From NCBI RefSeq assembly GCF_006345805.1, contig NC_043005.1, positions 94,860,001 through 94,924,000 of the forward strand: DNA of 64,000 bases, written 5' to 3'. Below are positions 41,192 to 54,724 of the stretch, piece by piece. Numbering within the stretch: the first letter of the stretch is position 1; each line of letters begins with the position of its first letter. Both the position numbers and the translations under genes were made by a program. The notes under the pieces were generated by a model that worked only from the letters and a program-made list of their open reading frames with translations, made no database searches and was not told the DNA's origin. The stretch is from Octopus sinensis (Eukaryota).

Positions 41192-41236
41192 TTACTTTAC
41201 CGGTTTCACTCTTTGGAAAAAGATTGTCAAAAGTAA
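41192..41236 (-). ncRNA. Decayed minimal hammerhead motif downstream of the Penelope-like element
   Basis: Minus strand reads TTACTT TTGACAA TCTTT..AAAGAGT GAAA CCGG TA AAGTAA. It has a 6-bp stem I and a palindromic loop III, with a mutated core. Confidence 0.4.
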
Positions 41237-41344
41237 CATGTAGAAGTTTGGTTGCGTTAATTATTGGTTGTTACAAATTGCTACATTACATATATACAGT
41301 CTTTGGTAACAGGGACATGTTAAGGACATAAAAAAGTTCAACAA

Positions 41345-42300
41345 GTTCCTTAAAATAGTGTATTGCGCGTGTGTTCATGTGTATGTGTTTGTTCGTATGC
41401 GTGTCCATGTCTGTTGGGTGTATCTGTGTGGCGTGTGTGTGTATATGCGTTTTGTGTGTGTTGGTATTGAGTATGTGTTTGTGTGTGTGCGTATATATGG
41501 TGTGAGTGTATGTCTTTGTGTGTGTATGTATACATGTGTTTGTGTGTGGGCTGTTTTTGAATGGTCCCAGTGTCCATTGTGGTGTAAATGGATGTGTGTT
41601 TTTTAGAGATTTTGTAGGATGGTGTGTGTATATATGTGTGCCCGTTTGTCAATCGTGTGTGTGATTGTCTTGGTGTTGAGTGTGTGAGTGTGTGCGCGCG
41701 CATACATGGTGCAAGTGTGTGTATATACATGTGTCTGCGTGCGTGTGTGTGTGTGTGAGTGTATGAATGTGCATGATTGGTGTTTGTTATGGTGCTGTGT
41801 GTGCGCATGTGCGTGTATATGTGTGTCTATATGGGGGTCAAAACGGTGTGAGTGTGTGTGCATACACACACACACATACACATATATACATATATACATA
41901 TATATACACACACACATGTCTTTGTGTGTGTGGGCCGTTTTTGATTGGTCCCAGGGTCCATTGTGGTGTAAATAGATGTGTGTTTTTAAGATTTTGTTGG
42001 AATGTGTGTGTATATGTGTGCCCGTCTGTGTGTGTGTGTTGTGTATGTGTGTGGTTAATGTTTGTTAGTGTGTTGCGTGTGTGCTGGTGTGTGTATGTGT
42101 TTGTTCGTATGTGTGTCCATGTGTGTTGGGTTTGTCTGGGTGGCGTGTGTGTGTTTATGTGTTTTGTGTGTTGGTATTGAGTATGTGTTTCTGTGTGTGC
42201 GTATATATGGTGCGAGTGTGTGTGTCTTTGTGTGTTTGTTTTGGATGTGTGCCTGGGGAATATGTTAGAGTATGTTTAGTTGTGGTCTGTATTTTTGAAT
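41345..42300 (-). repeat. CA/GT-rich mosaic 3' region with internal duplications
   Basis: An about 100-bp block recurs at about 41540 and about 41925, and an about 150-bp block recurs at about 41375 and about 42090. It follows the Penelope ORF stop directly. Confidence 0.7.
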
Positions 42301-44501
42301 AAGATTATTTTCCCTATTTATTCGTGTTTGGTCTGTGGTGTTGTCCGGGCATTGGTATAGTGGGAAAACTAAGAATTTGGGGGACTTATTGTGTGCACAG
42401 AGGTCTAAGTATCCACTTAGTGGTATCTGTCTTGTGGAGGGGTCCCTCAGTTGTTGGCGGTGAACTGTCATTCTTTCTCTGAGGGTAAGGCTCGTTTGCC
42501 CTATGTAGTCTTCGTGGCACCCTTCACACCTTATGACGTAGAGTAAATTTTTGATGCGCTCGTGAAATTATTTTTTATGATGAATGTGTGTCCTGACTGG
42601 AACTTGTACGTCGATCCCTCAATGAGGTGGATGCAAGTCCTGCAGTTGGGACGACCACATTTTTTGACGGTGGGCGTTGGGTTTGTGTTGTGTAATTTTG
42701 CGTTGGTGAGGAGGTTTTTTAGGGATTTAGGTTGTCTCTCACTTTTTATTATTTTATGAGCTGCCAGTAATTTTTTTAGGCGTGGGTCTTGATTTAGCTG
42801 TGGAATGTTGTTGTATATAATAGTGTAAGCTTCTGCATTTCTTGGGTTGTGTGTTGAGAGATAGGGGCGGCTATTTACTGTACTGTGGATGTGTTTTGGT
42901 TTTCGTAAGTCTTGAGTTTTAATTGATTTGGCCCGTTCTATTCCGTTGTCCACTAGTGATGCCGGGTAATGTCTTTCGAGAAGAATTGCCCTTAGTTCCC
43001 GGAGTCTTCTATTTCGTGTTGTGTCATTTGAGACAACTGTGCAGATTCTTCTCGCTAAGTTGAAGGGGATATTTGTCTTTGTGTGTTTTGGGTGATTGGA
43101 GGTTAATAGAAGGTATTATTTAGAGTTAGTGGGTTTGTAATGGATGTCAGTTTCAATGTCGACGCCTTTTTTAACGATTAGAATGTCAAGAAAAGGAAGT
43201 TGGTCCTGACTATATTCCATTGTGAATTGAATGTGGTTATTTACACTGTTGATAAGCTTTTTGAAGTCAATAAGTTGGTCGAGTGTGTGGAACCATAGGA
43301 TGAGGCAATCATCTAAGTAGCGTTTCCAGTTCTCCAACAGGTATTTGTGGAAAGACTGGCCGTACTTATATTTGGATTTTTCATAAATATGTGATTCCAG
43401 GTAGGCCATCACCAGGTTTGCTTAGGTAGGGGCAACTTTCGTACCCATTGCCGTTCCTGAAACCTGTCTGTAAGTGTTATTATTGAAATTCATAAAGTTG
43501 TTTTGCAGAATAAATTTGAGGCCCTCAATGATGAATTCTCTTTTTATTCTTTCCGGGATCTCATTGGGATATTTATCCAGCCAGAATTTAATGGCTTCCA
43601 GTCCATATTCATGTGGGATCGTGGTGTAAAGGTTTATTACATCAAAGGAAACGATTAAAGTGTCTTTATCGGTATGTTTGGGGAGATGATTTAATAGGTC
43701 CAGGTCATCTCTTGCACTACTTGGAATGTGTTTCAGTATTGGTTTTAGGATGATATCGATAAATTTGCTAAGTCTGTGTGTTTCACAGCTTGGGCCTGCC
43801 ACTATTGGTCTCAGTTTGAGATCAGTGGGATGTGGTATATTGATGCTGGTTGAAGTGGACTTTTTGCAAGCTTCTGTGATAATTTCACACTTGTGTATTT
43901 TTGGAAGCCCATAGAGTGTGCTGGTTTTGCAATTAAGTTTGTTATGTAGTCGCATTCCTTTGCTGTTAAGTCATTCCGGTTTTGTTAAATAAGTGCCTTC
44001 AGTTTGGTCATTGTTTTGGATTGCTGGTAGTCGACTACTCTTTCATAGTAGGTAGTATCCTCTAAAAGGTGAGATACAGAGTTTTTATATTGCTCAGTAT
44101 TCATAATAACGACCGTACTACTTATCTGCTTCCTTTATTGTGACGTCTTGATTGTTTCGTAGCGTATGAATGATTTCCCATTCTCTTTTACTGGTGTTGG
44201 GTTTGGGTTTAGGTTGTGGGAGTTCACCATAAGGGAAGTTTGAGATGTAATCGCAAAATTTGTCTAAGGTTTTGTTTCTGCGTTTTATGGGATTACAGCT
44301 GCTTTTGTTACGGACCATTGATTCGTCGTTATTAGTTTCTTTGTCAAAAAATTCCTCTGAGAGGCGTAATTTTCTGCAAAAGTGTGAGATGTCATTCTGT
44401 ATTTCCCTCAGGTTAGGGTATTGCGGAGTTGGGGTGAATTTTAGTCCTTTTGAAAGGATTTTTATTTGTGGTGTCGACAGGCTTAGGTTTGAGAGATTCA
44501 C

Positions 44502-44504
<3 letters not shown>
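42265..44504 (-). mobile_element. Penelope-like element (Neptune/Poseidon-type RT + GIY-YIG), degenerate
   Basis: IVNLSNLSL...SKGLKFTPTP, IKEADK, LYGLPKIHK, LRPIVAG, SFDVINLYTTIP, GTAMGT, RYLDD, LPFLDI, CGRPNCRTC and LLYVIRCEGCHEDYIGQT. Several frameshifts. Confidence 0.92.
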
Positions 44505-44534
<30 letters not shown>

Positions 44535-44564
44535 ATACACTCTTTTACTCTTTTTTATTTGTTT

Positions 44565-44925
44565 CAATCATTTGACTGTTGCTATGCTGGAGCACAGCCT
44601 TTAGTCGAAGAAATCGACCTCACGACTTATTCTTTGTAAGCCTAGATCTTATTCTATCGGTCTCTTCTGCCGAAACGCTAGATACGGTTACGCAAACAAA
44701 CCAACATCGGTTGTCAAGCGATGGAGAGGAAACAAACACAAATATACAAACATATACATATACATATAAATATATACGACGGGCTTCTTTCAGTTTCCGT
44801 CTACCAAATCCACTCTCAAGGCTTTGGTCAGCCCGAGGCTATAGTAGAAAACACTTGCTCAAGGTGCCACGCAGTGAGAATGAACCCGGAACCATGTGGT
44901 TGGTAAGCAAGCTACTTGCCATGCA
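44565..44925 (-). mobile_element. Bipartite tRNA-derived SINE, family 3
   Basis: The minus-strand head AAGTAGCTTGCTTACCAACCACATGGTTCCGGGTTCA is followed by ACCTTGAGCAAGTG and an internal TA/TG tract. Homologous to 35505-35885. Confidence 0.85.
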
Positions 44926-45112
44926 TAAATGCATATGTTTTTACATACACGTTTGTACATACGTAGATATTTATATATGTGTATACAAGCATACACATGC
45001 CGGTACATACACAGAAACATATTTACATGTTTACCTGCGTGTGGTGTGTGGGTGTCAGTGAATGTGTATATACTTACATGCATAGAAGCCGATATGTATT
45101 ATATATAGCATA

Positions 45113-45335
45113 ATATTGGTTTAAAATTTTGGCACAAGACCGGCAATTTCGGTGGAGGGAGTAAGTCGATTATATCAACCCCATTAATCAACTGGTACTT
45201 ATTTCATATACCTCAGAAGGATAAAAGCTAAAGGAGACGTCAGCGCAATTTGAACTCAGAATGGGAAGACGGACGAAAACGCTGCTAAGCATTTTGCTCG
45301 GTGTGCTAGCGCTTCTGCCAGCTCGCCGCCTTAAC
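45113..45335 (-). mobile_element. tRNA-derived SINE, family 2 (well preserved)
   Basis: The minus strand starts AGGCGGCGAGCTGGCAGAAGCGCTAGCAC, with B-box GAGTTCAAAT and the Nin-like core. Confidence 0.85.
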
Positions 45336-45479
45336 AAATGGCATAACAGTGAATTACTTACCATGGTTCGCTCAGTGCTTACTAACATATGTATGCATGT
45401 GTGCATGAATGAACCTTTCTCTCGAAAAATGTACATATGTGTTTAAATCTCTCTCTATATATATGGGTGTGTGTGTGTG

Positions 45480-45918
45480 TAAGAATATAACTGTTTACAA
45501 TGATATCAAGTGGTATAGCATGTATAAATAACCATCAAGGTAATACCATAAGGTAAAAAAGTATTATGCTAAAATTAGCAGCCAGAGGACGACAACAACC
45601 ACAAATTTTCACAGGTGAGGATAACTAACTGACAGTTTGAAATCGTGATGATACAAGTATGTGTGGTTTCTCAATTTACGTTTCTTTTCGTTATTGGTAC
45701 ATGGGCTAAGAATTTCTGCCCATTCCCCCGATGTCAATTAATGTGCATCAGCGGAAGTTTGTAGTTGTAGTTGTCTTCTAACAGCTATTTTTGGCGTGCT
45801 GGTGCCACTTGTAGCGCTCTTAATTATTAATTGATACTTTTTTACCTTATGGTACTACCTTGATTGTTATTTAAGCGTGCTATACCACCTGATATTATTA
45901 TAAACAATAATATCCTTA
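45480..45918. mobile_element. MITE with about 80-bp imperfect TIRs
   Basis: 45480-45560 is the reverse complement of 45838-45918 (ATATCA.GTGGTATAGCA.G..TAAATAAC.ATCAAGGTA.TACCATAAGGTAAA). It is flanked by TG/TA repeats. Related pieces lie at 46045-46235 and 46583-46613. Confidence 0.7.
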
Positions 45919-46371
45919 TATATATATTTATAATTTATTATTCACTTCGATCACCTTTTAAAATTTGCTGCAGCTTTAAAAACGGTCAAGGCGCACATTG
46001 TTTGGGTCAGTAAGACTCGCTGAGGAGAGCTAAGTGACATTTTCACAATTTTGAAATCGTGGTGATACGTCTGGCTTTTCAGTTTACGATTCTTTTCGTC
46101 ATTGGTACGGGGACATAGAATTTCTACTCATATCCCTATTTCAATTAATGTGTATCGGTGAAAATTTGTGGTTGTAGTCGTTTCCTAGCTATTTTTAGCA
46201 TGTTGGTGCCACTTGTAGCACCCTTAAGTATTAATATATGTGTGTGTGGGTCTGTGTGTGTATGTGAGTGTGCATTGTGTATGTATATATATGTGTGTGT
46301 GTGTATGTATGTATATAATCTACATATATATATATGCATGTATATACACCCACATATATATATATACACCC

Positions 46372-46404
<33 letters not shown>

Positions 46405-46436
46405 CCCACATATATTTACACACAACCATATATACA

Positions 46437-46481
<45 letters not shown>

Positions 46482-46524
46482 GTATGTATATATACCCACA
46501 TATATTTACACACAACCATATATA

Positions 46525-46564
<40 letters not shown>

Positions 46565-46856
46565 CTATACGCACACACACCTATGTATAAATAACCATCA
46601 AGGTAATACCATAAAACATACATGCATGTATGTTTTATTAAACAAACCGGAAGAATGTAGTCGTTCTACACGCAGAATGTAATCAATTCTTTACATCAGA
46701 AGAGGATGAAAGTGAGAAAAATCAACGTTTCTGATATTTACATTATTCTCCGATGATTATCCTAAAATATCTCCGGGATATAATTCATCAGCTACACTAA
46801 CAACAACGCCGAAACGCTCATACAAATTACAACAACAAAAGCAATAAACACTCATC

Positions 46857-47163
46857 CCGTTTAAGGATGTTGAACGAAACGCCCGTTTCCAGAGCTGAAT
46901 TATTCAAATACCAAAGAATCCCTCTCAACACATGGCTAGGATGCTCCTCCACTACTTCTGCCCGTGATCAGAGATGCACATATTGTCAGCTACTTAGGGA
47001 CATGGTCGACTGGTTATGGTCAACCCACTGACAAGCAAATCTGTGGTATTGAGCAGAATATTTGCTGTAGCCCATCTTTTATACCAAGACAAAACAATGT
47101 ACGTGATAACACTTCCAAGATGAGAAGCCATGAAAGCCACTGCCTGGTACTGCATCAGGGCAT
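46857..47163 (-). mobile_element. Family E repeat, second copy
   Basis: Reverse complement of 14016-14330, with the same terminus against (TAC)n. Confidence 0.75.
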
Positions 47164-47164
47164 T

Positions 47165-47220
<56 letters not shown>

Positions 47221-47227
47221 ATACTTT

Positions 47228-47552
47228 AAAGACTCCGCCGGTTACGACGATGAGGGTCCCAGCTGATACGATCAACGGAACAGCTTGCTCGTGAAATTAA
47301 CGTGCAAATGGCTGAGCATTCCACAGACACGTGTACCCTTAACGTAGTTCTCGGGGAAAATCAGCGTGACACAGAGAATGACAAGGCTGACCCTTTGAAA
47401 TACAAGTACAACTCATTTTTGCCAGCTGAGTGGACTGGAGCAACGTGAAATAAAGTGTCTTGCTCAAGGACACAACGCGTCGCCGGGAATCGAACTCACA
47501 ACCTTACGATCATGAGCCGAATGCCCTAACCACTAAGCCACGCGCCCTCACA
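47228..47552 (-). mobile_element. tRNA-derived SINE, family 1 (well preserved)
   Basis: Minus strand: A-box TGGCTTAGTGG, B-box GTTCGATTCCC, then TGTGTCCTTGAGCAAGACACTT. Confidence 0.88.
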
Positions 47553-47580
47553 CTAATACTACTACTATTATTGTTGTTGT

Positions 47581-47860
47581 TTATCTTTAATCTGCAGGTT
47601 TGTTGCAATCACTCCCCGAGACACACCCAGCGTCCTAGGGTTACAGTATGACTGAAAGCTTGGAGAGGGCAAGTGGCGGGGTACTAACGAAATATTATCA
47701 TGTAATATAACACACACATTTAAACTGATAGATTTCTCTGAGAATGTGGGCAGTACTTATCTGCACAATCTTTTGGATTTCTCTGAGACATGGTCCCCGG
47801 GAATATTATCAAGATGTTTCTGACATCCGTTCTTATCATATCAAGGGCACCCACAATAAT
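47581..47860 (-). mobile_element. R4/Dong-like RLE LINE, family D, short 3' fragment
   Basis: The minus strand translates to IIVGALDMI...PG...EIQKIVQISTAHILR, followed by a distinct 3' UTR ending at CAA/TAA/TAG repeats. Confidence 0.7.
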
Positions 47861-47888
47861 AGAAATGTTATTATTAATATTATTATTA

Positions 47889-47936
<48 letters not shown>

Positions 47937-47943
47937 TATTATT

Positions 47944-47983
<40 letters not shown>

Positions 47984-48167
47984 CCACTAGAAGAAGTGGA
48001 GAGTGGGTGGGTGGGAAAATCAAGGTTAGAAGAAGTAATAGGGAACGGGGGCCGGTGAACAGTTATTGTCCTTATAGATATTAATCACTATTATTATCAT
48101 CATTATCATTATTACCAATGAGGTAAATCCGAGGCGTGGTTATTGCTAGTTGAAATTATTATTATTA

Positions 48168-48229
<62 letters not shown>

Positions 48230-48300
48230 ATTATTAATTATTATTATTATATTATTATTATTATATTATTATTATATTATTATTATTATTATTATATTAT

Positions 48301-50626
48301 TCAGTAGTTTTATTTTTATAGCGTGCTTTCACTTCACTACCGAGCGCAGCTCTGTGTGCCTTGGGTATGTGCTGTGATTTGTTGTGATGCTCTGATGGTT
48401 ATGTATGGAAAGTGTTCTGCGTAGGATGTGTGCAGTGCCTAGTAGTGCAATTTTCTGTATGTTATATGTGTTTGTAAGTCCTGGTGTTTTTGTTATGTAT
48501 TTGTCTGAATATTTTTTTATCATGCCTAATGCACCTACTATGATGGGAATTGTTTCTGTTTTCAGGTTCCACATTCTAGTTATCTCTATTTCCAGGTCTT
48601 TGTATTTTGAGAGTTTCTCCATTTCTTTTAGAGACACGTTGTCATCTGCCGGTATTGATACATCAATTAGAAAGCATTTTTTTTCTTCATGATCTCTGAC
48701 AACTATATCTGGTCTGTTGGCCTTAATTTCTCTATCTGTGTGTATCGGCATATCCCAGAGTACGGTTGCTTTCTCGTTTTCTGTGACCTTTTCTGGTATG
48801 TGCCTATACCATCTTTTTCTGTTGTTATTCCATAATGTTGGCATAGCTTCCAATGTATGTAGGTTCCAACTCTGTCATGTCTGTGAATATATTCCTTCTT
48901 AGCCAGGACTGGGCAGCTAGAGATAATATGATTTATTGTTTCTTGTCCATCTCCACATATTCTGCAGTTACTTGTAATATTTCTTTTCATTACATGTTTT
49001 TGGTAATTTCTGGTGGGGAGGCTTTGGTCTTGTGCTGCAATTAAAAATCCCTCTGTTTCTGCTTTGAGTCCTGAGCTTCTCAACCATTGCTGGGATTTTT
49101 CTTTGTCTATTTCTTTTGCGTTTAGTTTAGTGCAGTATTTACCACGAAGGGGCTTTTCTTGCCATCGTTTTATCATGGCTCGTTGCTGTTCTATTTTTAG
49201 TTTGGATTTCAGTTGTTTTATAGCTTTTGTTGTTTCTCCAGTAACATTTATATCCGCATCCAGTTCTATTTAGCATATCAGATAGAGGTGACAGTGCCAA
49301 GCAGAAAAGGAGTAGAGAGAGCGTGTCTCCCTGGAATATTCCTCTTCTAATGGGGATGTCTTTGGTTTTCATGAGTCCCTCTTTTGTTTGGAGGTGTAGG
49401 ACTGTTTGCCATTTATTCATAGAGTGCTCTATGAATTTTATGATTGTTGGTGCTACTTTGTTAATGGCTAGTGTTTCGAGGATCCATGTGTGGGGGATGC
49501 TATCAAACGCCTTTTTGTAGTCAATCCAGGCCATACTGAGGCCTTTCTTCTTTCTGTGGCTATCTTCAGTTATGGCTTTATTAATCATTAGTTGATCTTT
49601 ACAGCCATATGAGCCTTTGCGGCATCCTTTCTGCTCTTCTGGGAACAGTTTGTTTTCGTCCAGGTGCTTGTTCAGCCTTTGTGATATCACTGCAGTAAAT
49701 GCCTTGAACATAGTAGGGAGACAAGTTATTGGTCTGTAGTTTTCTGGTTTTTCTGTTTCATTTGATTTGGGAATTAAGATGGTTTTCCCCTTCGTGAGCC
49801 ATTCAGGCATTGTCTCTGGCTCTGCTAGTAAGTTGTTAAAGTTTTCAGCCAGCTTTTTGTGCATTCCTGTTAGATATTTCAACCAGAAGTTGGGGATCTT
49901 GTCATGACCAGGTGCCTTCCAGTTGCTTAGTCTTTGCAGTTCCTGGGTGACCTCTTCAGTTGTTATGGGGGTCCAAAGTTGTTCAGATGCCGAGTTTGTT
50001 ATTTTGATACTCCTTTTTTTTGGTGGTTCGTTCGCCGACCATATTTCTCTCCAGAATTCTTCCAATTCTTCTGCCGTTGGTGCTGCAGTGACTTCTATTT
50101 TATTTTTGCCCAGTTCTTGGTAGAACTTTTTGGGGTTGGAGTTGAGCTTTTTGTTTTCTTCAAAGAAGCGTTGGCGTTTCTTGTACCGGCGGATCCTTTG
50201 TGCTTTGGCAAGGATATCTTGCTTCAGCTTTTCTTTTATTTCAGGCAAATCTTTCTCTGTGATGTTATATTTGCGGAGTATTTTCGTTCTCTTTTTGTTG
50301 CTCAGTAGCGTTGATTGTTTGCTGATTTCATTAAGAATCGACAGGTCTTTTCTAATTTTTTTTATTTTGCTTTGGATGTTATTTATCCACAGGGTTTGTT
50401 TGGGTGGTGGTACTCCTGTTTGGGAGGGTTTGGGTGAGTATCCAGCTTCTTTTGTGGCTGCAGTGGCTGCTGCGTATATTAGGTTATTTAGCTCAGTGAT
50501 ATCACTTTTTTTTTATTCAGTGGCTATCAGTTCAGTGACGGCTAGGTTTATGCTGTTTATAATAGGTGTTGTTATTTCGTTTATTTTGATTCTTGGGAGG
50601 TATGGTCGTTGGTCCATTTTTAGCTA
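48301..50626 (-). mobile_element. R4/Dong-like RLE LINE, family B, second copy (5'-truncated, internal deletion)
   Basis: Same RT, CCHC and RLE motifs and the same 3' end (GTAGTGAAGTGAAAGCACGCTATAAAAATAAAACTACTG then TAA repeats) as 15628-18172. About 700 bp including YMDD are deleted at about 49240. TAA arrays lie on both sides. Confidence 0.93.
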
Positions 50627-50669
<43 letters not shown>

Positions 50670-50670
50670 T

Positions 50671-50774
50671 AGTGCTTGCCATCAAAGTGACACTGGGATA
50701 AAATATACGAAGCCCAGTGTACCCATCATGACTAGCCGTCTCATAAGGGTACACCAACCACATGCATCACAACC

Positions 50775-50776
<2 letters not shown>
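50671..50776 (-). repeat. Short insert between two TAA arrays, possibly the other end of family E
   Basis: Bounded by (TTA)n on both sides. The link to family E comes from my recollection of octopus repeats and cannot be shown within this window. Confidence 0.35.
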
Positions 50777-50822
<46 letters not shown>

Positions 50823-50922
50823 GAATTTACATCATCGCCATCATCATCATAGTCAATAATATCAGCATCATCATCGTTATCGTCATCGTCTTCACACCAC
50901 CACCACCACCACCACCACCACC

Positions 50923-50975
<53 letters not shown>

Positions 50976-50998
50976 TATCATCATCATTAGTATTATTA

Positions 50999-51180
50999 TT
51001 ACCCAGTGAACTGGTAGATTCGTTAGTACGCTGGACAAAGTGCTCTCTCCGGAGGTTAATTTTGCCTTTGTCCCTTTCGGAGTGATTAGATAGTACCAAT
51101 CCTGCACTAGGGTCAATATAATGGACGACCAACTTCGACCAATTTTCAGGCCTTCTGCCTAGAGTACAAAGGATTATTAT
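50999..51180 (+). mobile_element. tRNA-derived SINE, family 2, with (TTA)n tail
   Basis: CTGGTAGATTCGTTAGTACG head, GAGGTTAATTTTGCCTTT.TCCCTTTCGG core, then a (TTA)n tail. Confidence 0.7.
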
Positions 51181-51182
51181 TG

Positions 51183-51256
<74 letters not shown>

Positions 51257-51589
51257 TCTTTTTTGCTTTGTTTTGCTTTGTTTTATACTTATTAAAACTT
51301 TTTTTTTTTAGTTAGTTGGTTTGATTGTTCTGAATATATAAGCAACAGAAAATATCCTTCTGGTATATTATGTTTTATAACTAGTTTAATATGCATCTGA
51401 CGAGGACCACATTGCTGACAACGTCAACCATCAATAAATTATTCACGTTTAGTATTATTTACCACTCATAATCATTTACTTGTTAGGTGGTCTGAGATGG
51501 AATGCCGTTGAAACAATTGTAACTGATATAAAAAATTTATGCTGATAACTACATCGTTATCGTTTATTTATACATGTGCCTGTGAGTGA

Positions 51590-51664
<75 letters not shown>

Positions 51665-52900
51665 TGTGTAAGCCTGTGTTTGTGTCTGAGTATAATCTTG
51701 GTATAAATACATTCTAAGTACACTCGAGTTGTCCTAACTGAATATTTGTAATTTGATATAGGTATCTGTACAAATTTTCGTCGATCTGTATAATTGTTTG
51801 CTCTAGAATATTACGATTTGGATTATGCAAGAATTTCTTTGCAATAGACTATGATTTTTATGGGTCTTTTTTTCTCGTGAATTATATCTTAACATCTCAG
51901 ATATAGATATAAATTGAGGCTAGGCAATTCTCTAAAGATTTTACGGACTACTGCCTCAGAGTTAAAAATTTCTTTACACCGATTTCATTTTTTCTGAGCG
52001 ATTGGTTGGTTATCCGTTTGCTTTGCAATGTTTTTACTATAATGCACCTTGGTAATTTCTATAATAAATATTTGTTTTGCTTCTCTCCTTTACTTTTCCC
52101 GGGTATATTAATAATCTGCTTCACATGGTTTTTGAATTTTGTATGTTTCAAAATTTTATGTGAATAAGTGTCTGCGTTTCTTTGAATCGTTTTATGTACG
52201 TAAGTTATCTTTTTACCTATTATTTCATTCGAACCTCTAATAATCACGTGTTTCCTATTCATCCGTAGATATTTATTTCCTGTTTTATTTGTTTCTCTTA
52301 CAAAAATGATAGTTTCCGACTGTTAGAAACTGACCCATAAATAATATTTATACCCTGATATAATAACTCATCTCGACATGTGTGTGTATGTATTTGTGTG
52401 TGTGTGTGTGTGTGTATACACACGCATATTTTATATATCTATGAATATATATTTATATATCTTACATATATAAAACATATATAAGATATACAGTATATAT
52501 ATATATGTATGTATGTGTGTGTGTTTGTATGTATGTATGTATGTATGTATGTATGTATGTATGTATGTATGTATGTATGTATGTATATGAGATAGGTATC
52601 AATTATTGCTATTTCGACAGTTATATTTTGAATAGCCCAATGTACATTCTCTTCTCTTCCCCGTTCTACGCATATATATATATGTATGTGTGTATACATA
52701 CATACATACATACATACATACATACATACATACATACATACATACATGTTCTATACATATACTTATATATATTATTTGCTTATGTTGCCTCTATGTTATG
52801 TGTGTATTGATTTACTCATTTCTTTATTTCTATATAAACATTTTCTGAAATATCTATATATCTTTATATTACGAAATATCTTTATAATAAGATGTTTAGG

Positions 52901-52963
<63 letters not shown>

Positions 52964-53017
52964 AGTGTGTGTGTGTGTGTATGTGTGTGTGTGTCTGTCT
53001 GTTTGTCTGAGCGTGTG

Positions 53018-53180
<163 letters not shown>

Positions 53181-54724
53181 GCACAAAGCACGCAAACACA
53201 CGCGCGCTCACACACAGACACACACACCTATACACACTGCTGCACAATACAATATGAACAGGCGCGTTATCTCCTCTTCCGCTTTATACGATATGAAAAA
53301 TCTTTTGTTTGTCTTTTTCTCACGTATATTTTCAAAGTGATGCTAACGTGATAAACACGTGCTACCCCTATCTGTCATTGATACTTTTGTCATTTCCTCC
53401 ATAATCACTCCCCTTTTCTTTTGTTCTGAATAAGAGCTAACATCTGAAACGTTAAAATCATTTCTATTTCTCTAAGCATAGTTTCTTGTGTTGCTGTTTT
53501 CGTAGCGTTATTTTAATTATATAAACCTACACATACACACACATATGCGTGTAATAACACACATATATGTGCGCGCGCGCGCGTGTGTGAGCCGGCCTAC
53601 CTTTTTTTGGTAGTAAATTTTTACCTGAAAAGTTCGAGTTGTATACTAGAAAGTACGTTAACTGAAAAAGTAACAGCAAACAACAACAAAACAAGAGCAA
53701 CAAACAAGCAATGAATGGTTGAAAAATTACACTGTAAAGTGTCTACGTCTCTTTTGCTGCATCCAAGACATAATGCTACACAGGTAGGTTGGTATCTAAA
53801 GGGGACAATTGTTCGCTTTCATCATTGTATCAGATTACATCAGAAGAATGGACCGTATCCACTGAAGTGTCATATTTTAATTGGAATTATTAGAAAACAT
53901 TGTAGGAATCACATAAAGTACAACTCCCAAAGGACTGTCTTGCAGTTAATGGTATTTCTATATAGCCATGAGTATGGAAGCGTGTGTGTGAGTGTGTATG
54001 AGTGTAAATCTGCATATGTACGTTTCTGCATGCGTACGTACGTCTGTACATAGGTCTGCATTTGTGAGTGTATACGTATACGTATGGATATTTGTGTGTG
54101 TGCATGCGTTGAATATATATCTATATATACATATATTCACACACGCACACACATATATATGTATGTGTATATATGTAAATATATAAGTATGTTTGTATGT
54201 ACGAACGTATGCATGTATACGAGATTGTCAGGTTTGGAATACTAAAACCTGTTTAAATGCTGCGATGATTATGGAATCGCCTGCCTATATTCATTATATG
54301 CTTATGTGTGTATGTGTGCCTATGTTTGTGCGCACGCCCATTGTGTATGCATACATATATGCACACACACGTCTATTTATACATATATGTGTGTGTGTAT
54401 GTGTGTGTGTGTGTATTGTTGTGTCTGTGGAGAGTACTTCTCCTTTAATGCCTTATTTAACACACACACTGGTTCAGTTTCCACTCATTTAATTTTTCTA
54501 AAATTTTCGTCACGTCTTACAACTTTCTCAATAGTCGTTGACTCCGTCCATTCTCCGAGCTGCGTTCTTTTTGTTTATTTATGCGCATGTGCGTGGGTCA
54601 ATGTGCGTGCGCATACACATATGTATGTTTGTATGTATGTATGCATGTATGTGTGTGTATGCATATATATATATAGGTGTATGTGTGTGTTTCCATGTGT
54701 GTACATGTCTGAGTGTGTCTGTGT

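Noticed and set aside
47485-47552. tRNA-like sequence with A and B boxes (also at 35228 and 12480)
   Set aside because: The acceptor stem is incomplete, the anticodon loop varies between copies, and the sequence runs straight into SINE body. These are SINE heads, not tRNA genes.
51391-51525. CTGACGA core with a GGACCAC/GTGGTCT stem and a later GAAACAATTGTA
   Set aside because: The stem is followed by GAGA, and the GAAA half does not adjoin stem II. It is at best a rearranged relic.
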